From Chiloscyllium plagiosum (Eukaryota), in assembly GCF_004010195.1 (NCBI RefSeq), contig NC_057719.1, forward strand, positions 35,074,264 through 35,138,263: a DNA stretch of 64,000 nt, read 5' to 3'. The number at the start of each line of letters is the position of its first letter. The first letter of the stretch is position 1. Shown here piece after piece: positions 26,090 through 39,908 of this stretch. The translations under genes and the position numbers were made by a program. Under the pieces are notes generated by a model. That model did no database searches. It had not been told where the DNA came from and saw only the letters and a list, made by a program, of their open reading frames with translations.

Positions 26090-27115
26090 ATATGGAATGT
26101 AGGGAGAACTAGCCATTTGGATACAGAACTGGCTCAAAATGTAGGAGACAGAGGTTGGTGGTAGAGAGATGCTTTTCAAACTGGAGGCTTGTGACAAATG
26201 CTGTGCCGCAAAGATTGATGCTGAGTCCACTGCTTTTTGTCATTTATATAAATGATTTGGATGTGAACTTAGTACATATGGTTAGCAAGTTTGAGATAAC
26301 ACCAAAATTGGTGATGCAGTGATCAGCCAAGAAGGTTACCTCAGCGTAGGATCTTGATCAGATGGGCCAATGAAATAATTGAGATAAATATGAGGAGCTG
26401 CATTTTGGAAAGGCAAATCAGGGCAGGACTTACACACTTAATGGTAAAGTCCTGGGGAGTGTTGCTGAACAGAGAGACCTTGAAGTGTAGATTCACAATT
26501 CTTGGAGTCGCAGGTAAATGGGACAGTGAAAGTTGTATTTGGTATTTTTGCCTTTACTGGTCAGTGCATCGAATATAGGAGTTGGGAATAGGTTTTGAAA
26601 TAGTGTGCGCAATTCTGGTCTCCCTGCTATAGGAAGAATGATGCAAAACCTGAAAGGGTTCAGAAAATATCTACAAGGATGTTGCCAAGATTGGCAGATT
26701 TGAGGTATAGGGAGAAGCCAAATAGGCTGGGGGTACTTTCTCTGGAGTGTCAGAGGCTGAGGGGTGAGGTTTTACGGAATTTATAAAATCATGACGGTCA
26801 CAGATAGAGTGAATAACTAAGGTCATTTCCCAGGGCAGTAGAGTCCAAAACTATAGGGCATAGGTTTTAGGTGAGAGGGGAAAGATTTAAAGAGGGACCT
26901 CAGGAGAAACATTTTCATGCAGAGGATGGGTGCTTGTATGAAATAAGCTGCCACAGAAAGTGGTCGAGGCTGGTATAATTACAACATTTAAAAGGCCTCT
27001 GAATGGATGGAAGAGTTTAGAGTGATATGAGTCAAATGCTAGCAAATGGGACGAGATTAATTTATGATATCTGGTCAGCATGGACAAGTTAGACCGAAGG
27101 TTTCCATGCTTTCCA
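26090..27115 (+). mobile_element. CR1 RT/3' fragment
   Basis: Similar to 41440-42500; YINDLD and QFWSP remnants. Confidence 0.9.
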
Positions 27116-27928
27116 GCTTTTTGAGTCATAGGGATCAAACAAAGAGATAACTGCAGTTAACAACAGTGTACATAATCAATCCCCATGACAGAACACATAC
27201 GAAAGGGAACATTCACCTTATATTTTGAGCAAGTATATTTAAATCCTAGATATTTCTTTCCAGTTACTTTATTTAAGCATATGATTAGACGACTGATTTC
27301 TTTTAAATACAGAATTAATGATAAACGTGTTACTGGCAACGAGGAAGTGCTCGTATTTTTTTAGCTTTTTTGCAAGCATGTAAGCCAGATGCTCTCAACA
27401 AAAAGGTAATTCAAAGAGAGTTGTTGGAACTCTTGTGTATATCACAGCCAAATAATCCCACTAGAAAACAGAACTGCTGTTTAGTCTTTTGCCTTCATTT
27501 TTGCTGGAGTAGTTACTCTGATACTGAAAAGCTAATCTATATCAAAACTATATATTAACATTAATCCAAAATGCAGAGTGCAAAAAGAATTTTGAAAGAA
27601 TAATGAGGACAATGGAATAATAGTCAAATTATAACTAAAATCATACAATTAGGGTCCATGTAAGATAGTGCATTTCTCATGAGAAGCCTTGATCCAAACA
27701 ACTTCCTTTCTCCTGCAATGTGAACATGGATTTGTAACAAAACCTTCTGTTTGATCGTGTTACTGCATGCACTTATTGAAGAAGTTATCCTATTTGTACG
27801 TGTTACAAAATCAGTGTTAGAAACTGACATTTTCTAACCAGGCATCCCACAACATACCTAAATACGACTGAATAGCTAACAAAATAAAATTAAGAACAAA
27901 AAAATAAAATCCAGAAGGGTATTATCAC

Positions 27929-28004
27929 CTTATCAAATGAGTCGAACACTATGCAAGAATACTTTGCATGCTGTTCATAAAGAAACGGATGAAATTCCTC
28001 ATAG
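27929..28004 (-). CDS. NEMF: NEMF coding exon 10, YEEFHPFLYEQHAKYSCIVFDSFDK
   Basis: 76 bp, ttgcag/GTGATA; separated from exon 9 by an 86-bp intron. Confidence 0.96.
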
Positions 28005-28090
28005 CTGCAAAAGAGAAAAACATGTGTTTTTTTCAAAAAAAAGGACTTTCATCTATCGTTATAGTTCAAAGCAAGAGATATGACACTTAC

Positions 28091-28161
28091 GTTAATAACT
28101 CCTCAGGTGGTTTGTCTGGATCCAAACTTGGCTTTCTGTCTTGTTTCTGTATTATATAACC
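28091..28161 (-). CDS. NEMF: NEMF coding exon 9, GYIIQKQDRKPSLDPDKPPEELL(T)
   Basis: 71 bp, ggttag/GTAAGT. Confidence 0.95.
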
Positions 28162-28499
28162 CTAACCAAAAATACCAAAAAGGAAAATATGTTGTTGTAA
28201 GTCTTTTAAAATTTTAATAGCTGTCTTCTTTAAAACTCTCAACAAATCAGCATGAAATTTACCAAAAACTGGCAAAAGTCTCAATTTCAGAGAGTTCCAT
28301 AGAAGTTTCTTTGAGCTCTAATGAGTTATCTCACCCTTTTCTCCACTGTTGACCTCATTGCATACACACTATGCCTCAGTCATATTCACCACTGCCAGGA
28401 ACTTCTGAGATTCCTATTCCAGCCCCACTTTAACACCACCAAACGTGGTGCACACAAGTGTACTAGGTCACGCACTGTGAGTCACGAACTACCCTTTAC

Positions 28500-30620
28500 A
28501 GTTGCAAGGTTTGAAGAATTAGTCCAGAGATGGCCAATGAAGGCAGGTTAGCATCTCACTTTGCCATCAGGGACCTGCAGGACCTAGTGGATGGGGTGAT
28601 GAAATGGAAGACCATCTTATTTTCTCAGGATTTTCAGAAACCATGGCACCAGACCCCCCATTCTAAAGTTGTCATCTGGTTCATGCAAACACAAGAATCA
28701 AAAAGGAATTGGCTGTTCAGCTACTCAACTCTACTCCATCATTTAATAAGATCATTGTTGATCTGATTGTAACTTCAAATCCTTATCTCTGCCTACCTCT
28801 GATAACCTTTCAATCCATTGCTGTACACAAATAGTGTGGTGTCCATGGCAAGTATGTACTGTAATTAAGTGTCACCTATCTCTTTGCTATCTCACATTCA
28901 CTCTAATTCTGCAACTACCTCCACCTCCCACTAAAGCTCATGGTCTACCATTCTCAATACTATATGCAATATCTACCCTCACAGCCCCCAGTGCACCTGA
29001 CTCAGGATGCCTCATCACTTTTCCTACCTGCGTCAACACTAACAGTTGTGCCAGCTACTTTTAGCTCACTGAAATCTTCCATTTGTCTCATTCCAGAAGA
29101 AACTGTCCTACAATAGGAGAGAGTGCTTGAAGGTGGGTGGTGATGTGCTCAACATCCATATTCACATTCCTTACAAAGGAGAGAATTCTTGCCCCACCAG
29201 AGGACTGTGACAGCTGACATGGTGATGCTGAGGCCTCCATGTCCCAAAAATGAAGAAAGATCACTGTCAAGTGTGATGCAGCTCTCTCATTATTGCCACT
29301 GCAACTATATTCTTAACATGGCCGAATCTCTACTTCTATTTTGCAACTCATTCCCTCTTTGGTCTACCAGTGGCATCTTTACATTCTCCCCTTTGAAAAA
29401 AAGAAGCACCTCTGGACAACCCACAGCTTCAGTACGCCTTCCAATTGTGTGGAGCAGAGGCTCCGACGATCAAACTGCATTCTGCATGGACAGTACCAGT
29501 ATGAATCCCAATATATCACCTGCATGAAATGCTGATGTGGAGAAGCCATACTATGGTTTTTGGTGGCCACAGTGGAAGACAGTGTTTAATCGCAAATACT
29601 CCGGATAACACATGGCATTCTGACCTCTACCTCTGGAAGGAGTAAAGCTCCACCACGTCATTCTGGGCTTCATGGCATTTTAGGGAAGACAAACAATTTG
29701 TCCCTTCTGCATCTTTGTCACATCATCAGGACACCAGTAGATGGAAGCACTGCACTAGTGGGAAGGGGCTGCTGGAGGTTGATGATGATCCTGAGCTTTC
29801 AGATGCATGCGCTTCTCATCCATTCACATAAAGTCATACAGTCACAGCCCTTAGCGCAGCGGCCACAAGGATGACAATAGCTTTTGCACCGGGATCTACT
29901 CAGCACAATCCAAACACCCTATATGGGTAATATTAGAAACAAAGTATCACCTTGCTAATATGATTATTCAGCAGTCTCTGGACATACAAAGACATTGTCT
30001 TCCAAGCATGGAGATATAAAGGTCCCTAACAAGGCGGCCAGGGAGCTGCCTCTTGATGGATGTTGCACATCATTGCCCTAATATAAATCTGTACTGCACA
30101 GGTGTCTGTTTAATTCTATTGCCCTTTGAATGGCATCATATCGCCTCTCCCTCAGAAATGCGCTCTGAAGTGGATGTTTGCCCCCAACGTACCAATGGCA
30201 TGGCAGAAGGATTACAATGAAAACATTCACTGCATTCCAAAGTGCAGCACTGAAGTGGAGGGATGTATTCTAAGTGAATAAGATAGGCCATAATGATGTG
30301 ATAAGGCCAGTATTTGTTTGATGCCATGCCTCATGGACAAGGGGATGCAGTGCTCACTGCTCATGGAACCAAACCTGAGACGTTAAGGACTAGTGTCCAA
30401 GATCAAGGCCAGAGCAACATGTGGAGATGTGCGTCAGGGACCTCACATAATTCTGGTGCCAGGAACTGACACCATCTAGTTTATTTCCGATGTGTGGGAG
30501 AATAGGAAAACAAATATAAATGAGGGACATTTGAGTCATGGTAAGATGTAAAATTATGCAAATAGGTTTTTCACCACTCACCAGTGAAATTCTCACCTCA
30601 CCTTTCCAAACCTGGTTGTA
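28500..30620. mobile_element. Possible ancient Harbinger-type DNA transposon remnant
   Basis: ORF 28530..28766 begins EGRLASHFAIRDLQDLVDGVMKWKTILF, reminiscent of the Myb/SANT-like helper protein; extent is a guess. Confidence 0.3.
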
Positions 30621-31134
30621 AAAACAAATCAGGCTTTATTTTCCTCTGTCAACAATGTCACTTTTCTGATCTTACCATATTTTCCCCAACAGACTCACCA
30701 TTACCCACATGCTTAGGTACTGGGAAAATTTAGTCCATCTTTTGTTTTACTTCTTCCAGTGCCATCTGCTTTGGCCTTGCACCGTGAAACATTTTGTCAT
30801 TTAATCTCTCCTGTCCTCCAACATAATGCAGCCTTTTCGTTTTTGCACCATACTTCTCCTTCCACTCAAAAACTATTAAAATGTCAAACTGATCCTAATT
30901 CTGATAAAGGTCACAAACTTGAAATGGTAATACTATCACTTTCCATGAATGGTGCTAGATTGGATTTCCAGCAATGTCTGTTTTCATTTCATATTTCTAG
31001 CATAGGCAGTTTTTTTTTGAAAGACAATCACATCCCGACTCTCAAAAATTAACTGCAGAAAGCAATGCCAGAAAAAGCTGGTTAATTATTCATACCACTT
31101 TGTAAGTTTTAACTGCTACTATGTAGTAGAGACA

Positions 31135-32535
31135 CAAGAGACACCTCAGCATCAAGTTTGCATGGTGAACAAATGGCTCGCATCATATTTGAGAGATTTC
31201 CGGTAAGGCCAATCTCGTAGCATGTGGAACTGTAGGAACTCAACGTATACACTGACCAGTGAAAGTAGGTTTGACAGTACTGGAGAACCCCTGGCAGATT
31301 TCTCATGTAAGAGATCAAATAAAGGTAGCTCATTTGATTGCTCCATTTCAAACATGCTTTAGGATGGAGCCCATGAAATATGCAAGAGATAGGAGTGCAG
31401 GTATCATTCCATCAAACACACTTTTCTCATGGAATCCAACAAAGACACTTGCAAGAGCGGGCCAAGGGTTCCCACGCCCACATTATCTATTTTGGCAAAC
31501 ATAGTATCATTGAAACTTAACTCAACTGCAGCATTAGTGATGCTGAAATAAGAGGCATCAAAGCCACCTTACAAGATAATGGCTACCTCATGCATGTAGT
31601 TTCCCACTGTATATGGCATAGATTCATGAAAGTTCTTCAGGCAGCAACTCTTGGCCTTGAAAACTGCCCACTGTACCTCACATTATAATTTAACAGATGA
31701 AACTCGCTGTTTCACTCTGCTGTCATAAAATCACAAATGGACTAACACGATACTGCTACAAAGTTACACTCTGTGCTGTATGAATTTCAGTAGCAGTGTA
31801 ATGCCAACTACACAGGCCATACACCTCAAAAACTGGCAGATCAAATCAAACAGTGTGGCCCTTTAATTATTCACTACAAGCAAGGTACTGACTAAATCCA
31901 ACCAGGAGAAAGTGAGGACCGCAGATGCTGGAGATCAGAGTCAGGTTTGTGATGCAGGAAAAGCACAGCAGGTCAGGCAGCATCCTGACCTGCTGGCAGC
32001 AGAGAGCAGGAAAATTGACGTAACTTACAACATAGCATTCAAGAATAATTGTGAATCTGTACTTGGGCAACATTTGCTGGATAATCTCATCTGCAAAGAA
32101 TTGCACTGACAACCAATTTATTATTGTCACTCAGGATCATTGCGCTGTGCACGTACACATACTGGAAGCTACATATATTAACCCCTGTCCTTTGAAGGCA
32201 GAAAAAAAATGTACATGCACTGCATCTGTTCCAACTCAACAAAATAAATGACAGCCATTTGCTGATTCATTTCTTAGTGTACTGTCCTAGCTAATTAGAG
32301 TCAGAGTCAATCTCCTGGTTAAAATGTAAACCAAGTCTGGCGGTTACATGTCAATCAGCATCAATGGGTGCTTTTCAACAGCAAAACGTCCACCACAGTC
32401 TGTCTGGCAACCAGTAATCACTCTCCTCTCACATAATATAAATGTAAGTTTATTTTTCTTTGGATTGGTACTTTTGCAAGTTGTCTCAATGAGTGCAAAA
32501 TGAAAGGCAAAATAAAAAGTCTTTTTTCAGCATTA
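31135..32535 (+). mobile_element. Penelope-like element remnant with inverted 5' piece
   Basis: 31773-31855 reads VLYEFQ*QCNANYTGHTPQKLADQIKQ (GIY-YIG-like); 31135-31370 is a minus-strand RT remnant (EMEQSNELPLFD). Confidence 0.68.
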
Positions 32536-33027
32536 TTCAAGAAGCAAGTTAGTGAGCCTGCATTTTAATCTCTCTAAAATCCTCAATACTACATTTGGTA
32601 CAATAAGTGGCACCTTATTAATATTTAATTTGGTTCATCATTGCTGTTAGCTTGTAAATTGCATACTAAAACCTAGAATTTATTCACTTCTCATTTTGTT
32701 AACCTGATGTGCAGCCTGAAATGTTCTGTGAGCTTGCACTCTGCCTCAAAATCACTGAGCTTTTCCAAAACATTAAGCCCATTTCCATTCAGAATCTGTT
32801 CACTACCATAATATTATTTTAACCAAGAAGTATTTTCCCACATATTTTAAAATCAACTACATATTTTTACATTACTTTTCCTAGCTATATCCAAAATTAG
32901 CAATGAGCAAAGCAGACACTAGACCACAATGGTATCTGAGACAGAGATATCCAATTACAGAATGGAAAATAACTTGCAGAAAAGAGGGCAATTTAGTAAC
33001 ACCAAGGAAATGATTCCACATGACTAC

Positions 33028-33101
33028 CTGTCCTTTAAAGTTAGCCGTCATCTCCATAAAATCCTCAGCCGAGTGTAGAGCAGCCAAAAGTTTCACTCCA
33101 T
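33028..33101 (-). CDS. NEMF: NEMF coding exon 8, (D)GVKLLAALHSAEDFMEMTANFKGQ
   Basis: 74 bp, ttctag/GTAGTC; overlaps ORF 32881..33096; restores phase 0. Confidence 0.93.
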
Positions 33102-33369
33102 CTAGAAATAAAAAATTAAACCTAATATGATCAAAGAAGAATTTAACGTGAAAAATGAAGCAGAAAGAGAAAATATGTGCAATTTCAAAAAAAATGAATT
33201 TTTGCTTTTATTAATCAAGTGATTACAATTTTTACTATAATGTGTAATTAATTTTAAAAAGTCATGAATTTAAATGCTAAAATACACTTTATAAAAATAG
33301 TTTGAATAGCACTACAAAAACAAGCAAAATTCAAAAAATGGAGATATTGCATTGCTCCTACAAACTTAC

Positions 33370-33459
33370 CTTTAGACAAATCAAAATCTTCGCCTACTTT
33401 TGTGTTACTCGAGAATCCAAATTTCATCAGGCAATGTTCAATGAGTGTTGCTCCACAAG
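33370..33459 (-). CDS. NEMF: NEMF coding exon 7, (T)CGATLIEHCLMKFGFSSNTKVGEDFDLSK
   Basis: 90 bp, tttaaag/GTAAGT; LIEHCL motif; phase 1-1. Confidence 0.94.
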
Positions 33460-33674
33460 CTTTAAAAAAAAGTATTTTGATAGATTGAAAAATATTTTGA
33501 TCTGGAATGTGAAATTTTCTATGTCGAATTTCTAAAATTGTTGGCCACTTTAAATATACTTAATTGCAGGTTCAATGCTGAATAGTACATTAATCACATG
33601 TTACACAGAGTTAAAAATGGCATTCTAGAATTATTACATACAGGTGTATCAGTCCAAATATTCTGGAAAGCTAA

Positions 33675-33885
33675 ATAAAACAAAGAACTGTGGATGCTGG
33701 AAATCTGAAACAAAAACAAAAAGCGCTGGCAAAGCTCAGTGGCTCCAGCAGCACGCATGGGAAGAAAGCAGAGTTAATAATTTAAGTCCAGTGACTCTTC
33801 ATCAGAACTGAATTACAACATGTTAATTCTGCTTTCTCCTCACAGATGCTGCCAATTTCACCAGCAATTTCTGTTTTTGTTTCTC
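33675..33885. mobile_element. Two PLE terminal fragments in inverted orientation
   Basis: GAAACAAAAAC..GCTGG..AGAAAGCAGAGTTAA mirrored by TTAATTCTGCTTTCT..CCAGC..GTTTTTGTTTC; minus-strand CTGATGAAGAGTC near 33795-33805. Confidence 0.65.
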
Positions 33886-34049
33886 TGGAAAACTGATGCT
33901 TTCTTGCACTGTTTAGATGTATCTGGGAAGCCAGCATTCTGCCCTGGTATCTAACATGACATAATTATAGTTTATAAAAAGGTAAAGTTCTTGGGATACA
34001 GTGCAAAGCATCTCTCTCTCTGAGCCAGAAACTCTGGGTTTGAGTCCCA

Positions 34050-37000
34050 GTTCAGGTTTTGATGGTCATGAAAGGCACACGGTAGACAAGGGGAAAGAGG
34101 TGCTTTAAATAAAGTCCAATGCAGCAAGTTAAGCTTGCTTAAGGTGGAGGAGGGATTCCTTCCCGAGCAGTCACTGTTAAGGACTGATGACAATCGGGAG
34201 ACTTTGAAGAAACAAACAAATAACAGCAAGAACATTTTAATTGTATAGCAAATAGTATACAAGTATGACATGGCAGCACAACTATGTAGAATGCCCAACC
34301 TGTGACATGTGGTAAGCTGTGGACAGTTCACATGATCTAGACAAGCACATGTCACTAACTACAGATTTTGGTGCTTCATCAACAGCTGGAATCTCGATGG
34401 TGCATCCATCAGGCACAGAACTATGTAAAGTAGTGCATCCAGAAAGATGGTCACTCAATTGGGTAGGGGTGTGCAGGGAATGGGTGACCACAAAGTACTC
34501 CAAAAGAAGCTGGGCAGAAAGAAGAGTGCACAGCCAGAGGTCATGATCCACGCTGGCGTCCATGAAATTGATAGGACTGGCTATGTGGTCCTGCAGTCAG
34601 AATTTAGGCAGCTGGATACAAAATTAGTAAGCCGTACCCCAAATTATTACCCCAGCAACCATGCAAGTGAGTAAAGATAAACAAAGGATAAAACAGATCA
34701 TTGTATATGTAGCTGGAAAGTTAGTACAAGAGGGAGGGCTTTGGATTCTTGGGGCATTGGAAACAATCATACCTGTACAGGCCAGACAAGTTGCACCTGA
34801 ACCTAGCCTGGGACTCAACTCTGGCAGCGTGCTTTGCTTACGCTGTTGGGGGGAATTTAAACTAACTTGGCAGGGCTGTGGGAATCAGAAAATATATAAG
34901 CGAGTAATACCATGGCGCACAAAAAAGGATAACAAAATTAAATCTGGTCAGCATGGAAGAATGGGACTGAAGGGTCTGTTGCTGTGCTGTACATCTCTAT
35001 GACTCTATAACTCTAAATATATATGAATTCACAGAGTATAGTCAATAAGAGAGATAAGTTTCAAGTGCAGAATTATAATACTTAAACAGGGACATGACTC
35101 AAGTAATGATAGGTCTGGGTTTACATATTCCCCACTGGCCTTTGATAAATTATATAAAGCTAATTTTGTGCAGTCACTAGATAAGACAGGACCTTAGGCA
35201 CTTGGAGGATCTTGGGCTTGGGGGCTTGGACTTCCTAGATTTTGGATAATATAAATTAAGTTCCTTACTCTCTTATATCGCTGATTGGACTTGCCAGGAC
35301 CAATGGTCAATCTGGTTGGACATCAAGGCCTCCCAGACAAAATTCCCCCTCGTCAATTTGTTGCTCATGGACGGGATGGGAACTGTTGTGGACCACTGAA
35401 AAAATCAGATTGCCCTTGGCAAGGTTAAAGCATGGACAATGATGCAATAAGGTGAGGACAACCTACAAGGAACTCCCCCTTTCACTCCCATAGTAGAGCG
35501 TTGAGATTCCAGCTGGGATTGATGGACTCTGGCTTTGGGCTCTGGGAATCTAGGGGAGTCTCCTGTTTGGGACATTTGTTTGACCGGGGGGAAGGGGAGG
35601 GGGTCATGATGTCTTTCGAGCAGCTGAGTCAGAGGTATGGGCTATGTAGGAGGAACCTCTTTCATATCCTTCGGATTGGAGACTTTGTACAGAGGGGAAG
35701 TACATTGATGGTTGGTCCCTGTGGGTCAGGTATAAAGGGGAGTGTGCTTCGGTCTATGGGTGCTCTCTCAGTCAGCACCCTCTGTCATTTGTTGGGAGGT
35801 GGTGTTCCGAGAAACATTGGGTGGTTATGTGGAATCTGGATTTGGGGGGTTGGGGTGGGGGGTCTCGTCAGAGGTGTGGGAGAATGTTTGGGAGAACATA
35901 AGGAGGATTTTTGATTTGTAGTGGCCCACAGGCTGGGCGATTGAGGGTAACCCAGAGGTCATTTGGCACCGGAGCAGCTTGCAAAGTTTGGTTCAGGAGC
36001 ATCCCCAATGTGCCCCAAATGTAAAACAGATGTTAGCACTCTTGCTCATTGCTTATGGTCATGCCACAAGCTTCGTAGGTATTGGGGGGCCATTGAGCGT
36101 GTTTTGCAAGTGGTCTTGGGAACTGAGGTTGGGGTGGATCCGGTGTTCCTCCTTTTGGGCTTGCCTGGTCTCCCTTCTTTGGGAGGAAACTGTTTAGTGT
36201 TCTTTCATTCTGTGTGAGGAAGGGCATTCTGGTGAGCTAGGTGTCGGAGAATCCCCCAGGATTCTCAGGGTGGCGTAGATTAGTTGTGGAGCACATCCCC
36301 TGGACCACCTTGCAATTGTGTGCACCAGAAAATGGAACTCTTTTATAGAGCATGGCAGCCCTTTCTGAACTACATAGCTGCAGACTTGTCAGCTAAGCTG
36401 GTCAGGGCCTTGTGTAGTCATGAGGGCTAAGTCTGACAGCCTGGGGACCACTGGGAGGAAGAATCCTGAACAAATATGGGTATACCTACTGATGCTCCTG
36501 GTGGTGGGGAGCTTTAGTGGGATTGCACTGAGTGCGGTAACTTAACTGAACGTAATTTAATTTACTTTGGTTTAACTTGGTTTAATTTAGTTTTCTTTTA
36601 GTTATTTGTTGTACTTTGTAGGTTTTTTCTTCTTTCCTCAATGGTTTGTGGAGTAGAGTAGTAAAAGGTTGTTATGATGTTTTGTTATGATTTTGTAGCT
36701 TTGTAAAAAATTTAAAATCATTTTTCTTCATAAAAATATTTACAAAAATAAATTCCCCACTCTATATGGTGTGTAGAAAAGATAGGAAAAGAAAAAGGAG
36801 GCATGATTTATTTTTGATTCAGGAGAGTATTGTAGTGTCGCAGAAAGAGGATTTCTCAGAGTATTCACAGACAGAGTTGATTTTGCAGGAACAAAGGGGC
36901 AAGAAGGGCGCAATCATAATGCACAGCATAGTCAACAGACCACCAATTAGTGGGAAGGGTGCAGAGGAAGATATTTGCAAGAATATTATAGAAAGGTGGA

Positions 37001-38780
37001 AATAACATACAGTAACTGCAATGATGAGCTTTACTTACCCAAATACAGACTGAGGTAGTGGTAGTGTAAAGAGCACAGAGGGACAAACATTCCTAAATTG
37101 TTGTCATGAGAATTTTCTACAGTAGTACTTGTTTACAATAAATAAAGAATACAATAAAGAAGGCACGCTAGACCAAACTCTTGGGAACAAGGTGGGCCAG
37201 ATACAGCAGGTGTCAGTGGGAGCAGCACTTCAGGCATAGAAATCACAGCATCATACAGTGCAGGATGACAGTGGGATAGGTCAATCCAAATTAAAATAAT
37301 TCACTGGAAGACAGCTGACTTTAAATGGGGTTGGAACAATGGGTTGGATGCACTGGAACCAAGGGGGAAATACCTTTAGCTAACAAATGAATTACCTTCA
37401 AAGAGATGGTTCAGGCATGGTTGAAACAAAGGTGGGACAAACAACCAGAGCTCCCTGCTTGAAAAGGGGGTAGAAATTAAGATCGAAAGAAAAAAAAAGT
37501 GTGCTAATGACAGGTGCCAGGTACAAAATACAATAAGAACCAATCTGAATACAGAAGGTTCAAAAGGGAAGTGAAAATGTAAATAAAAATAGGAAAGATA
37601 GATTCAAAAAGACTGTCAGCAAGCAAAGTGAAATCTCAAAGTCATCTGCAGGCACATATGCAGGAAAAAGGAGTACAGTATGATTTGAGATGAAAAAGAG
37701 TATTTACACATGGCTGAGGTGTTAAATTAATACAATGCGTCATTCTTATAAGGAAAGTGATACTACCCAAGTCAGTGTGACAGAGAAGGACATTCAGTCA
37801 TTAGGACAGTTTAAAATTGATAAGATGAAGTTAACATATTGAATATGCTGTTTGTACTTAAATTTGGTAAAGCACAAAAGCTACACAAGATGCATCCATT
37901 CATATTGAAGAAAATGAAAGCAAAAATTGAAGATGGCTGCAATTTTTCAGTATTCCTGGAGTACTGCTGGAGAACTGCAAATGTCACACCTGCATTCAGA
38001 GAAATATTACATGATAAGCCTAGCAATTATAGACTAATCAGTTTAACTTTAGAGGCGGGGAAATTTCTTGAAACAATTATTCAGGGTAGAATTAATAGTA
38101 ACATGAAAAAAGGTGGGTTAATTAGGAAAAGTCAGTATAAATTTCTTGAGCAGAAACTGTATTTAACTAACTTGGAGTTTTGAGAGACATAACAGAGAGC
38201 GCCAATGAGGGCAATGCTGTTGATGTGGTGTCTATGGACTCCGAACAGGTGTTCAATAATAGTGCCACATAACAGACTAAGAAAAGTTATAGCTCATGAA
38301 ATTAAAAGGGGCAACAGCAACTGGGATTTTAAAAAAAAAACTGGTTGAGGGATAGGAAACAAAGCACAACAACCAATTGATATTTTGAACTGGAGAAACA
38401 TTCATAGTAGAGTTTCCCAGGGGATAGTTTTCGGATGCTTGCTTTTCCTAATATATGTTAACCATCTAGATCTCGATATTGTGGGGATATTTTTCATAAA
38501 TGATATGAAACCTGGAACCACTAAATTGTGAGGAGGAGGAGGACTGTGTAAACGTGAAGTGATACTGACAAGTTGCTGCAGTTGGCAGATAGGTGGCAGA
38601 GAGATTCAGCAAAAAACAAAAGTATTCACTCCTGAAGGGTGTGCAGGAACAGAGAAACCTTGATGTATACGTTCATAAATCACTAAAGGTGGCATGGCAG
38701 TTCAAACGTTTTACATCAATGGATCTAGGGGTGAGAAATTGCAGTTATGAAGATAGATTGTCAAAGAGAAGACGAGGATA
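34050..38780 (+). mobile_element. Old near-full-length CR1 (ORF1 esterase-like plus ORF2), split by an L1-type insertion
   Basis: QPEVMIHAGVHEID..LQSEFRQL (ORF1 SGNH-like), RKDR, VNRPP and WRTANVTP..NYRLISLT remnants. Confidence 0.8.
35137..36751 (+). mobile_element. 5'-truncated L1/Tx1-clade LINE with 10-bp TSD
   Basis: ORF 35963..36217 has C-terminal CCHC knuckle CPKC-x8-HCLWSC; A-rich 3' end; ATTCCCCACT at 35127-35136 and 36752-36761. Confidence 0.82.
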
Positions 38781-39866
38781 TCTGACAGAAACATTGAACG
38801 CTGGAACAGGTTATTCAGCCCATCAAGCCTGCTCCCTGATTCAACATGATCATGGCTGTTACCCGATTCAAGTCTCACCCTCCTGCCTGCTCCCCATACC
38901 TCTTGATGATTTAATTTGCAGAAATCTACTGTCTTCTTAAACCTATTCAATGACTTGGCCTCCAAAATCTGGTAGACTCTTCACCCTCTAACTAAATTCC
39001 TCATCTCAGTCCTAAATGGTCTACCTCATATCCAAAGACTTTGATCTCTTGTACTAGACATTCCCGCACAGCTTTATAAGCATTTTATAAATATCATGAT
39101 ATTCCCAGGACTTCACTGAATTCAGGCATAGCCAATTCAATCTCACCTCCATGATAATCTTACCATCCCAAGAATTAGTCTGCTCAACCTTCACTGCAGC
39201 CCTCTTTTGGCAAGTATATCCATTCTTAGTTAAGAGGACCAAAATTGCATACAGTACTCCAGTCGGAGCCTTATTTCAGCTCTGTACAACTGCAGTAAGG
39301 TATCCTTGCTCCTCCATTCAATCACTTTTGCAATGGAGGCCAACAAACCATTTGCCTTCCCAACTGCTTGATGCACTTAAAGTTTGATTTCAGTGACTGG
39401 TGTACAAAGCCACCCAGTTTCTATTGTAATCGATAATTCTCAGTCTATCACTGTTATATAACAATCTGCCATTTCATTTTCCTATCAAATTGGATAACTT
39501 CACACTTACCCACGTTATACCAGCATCTGACATGTATTTGTCCATTTTGCTCAGCTTATCCAAGTTGCATTTAAGCTTTATTACATCCTCTTCACCACTC
39601 ACAATCCCACCTAGCTTTGTGGGTAACAAACTTGGAAATATTGCATTTGATTCACAAATCAAGATTGTTGATATGAATACAAATAGCTGTAGCCCAAGCA
39701 CTGAATCCTGTGGTACCCCATTAGTTTTCGACTTCTATTCTGGAAAAGACCCATTTCTTCCGACTGTTTCTTGTCTGATAGCCAATTCTTAATCCTTGCA
39801 AGTATATTACCCCAAACCCATGTTCATTAATTTAATCTGGTTGTATGTTTGCTCTCTGAGCGTGTT

Positions 39867-39908
39867 CTCAGACATTTCGTCACCATGCTAGGTAACATCA
39901 TCATTGAG
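39867..39908 (-). ncRNA. Hammerhead motif, core mutated (C3 to A)
   Basis: CTCA-ATGATGA-T-GTTACC(TAGCAT)GGTGAC-GAA-ATGT-C-TGAG. Confidence 0.6.
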
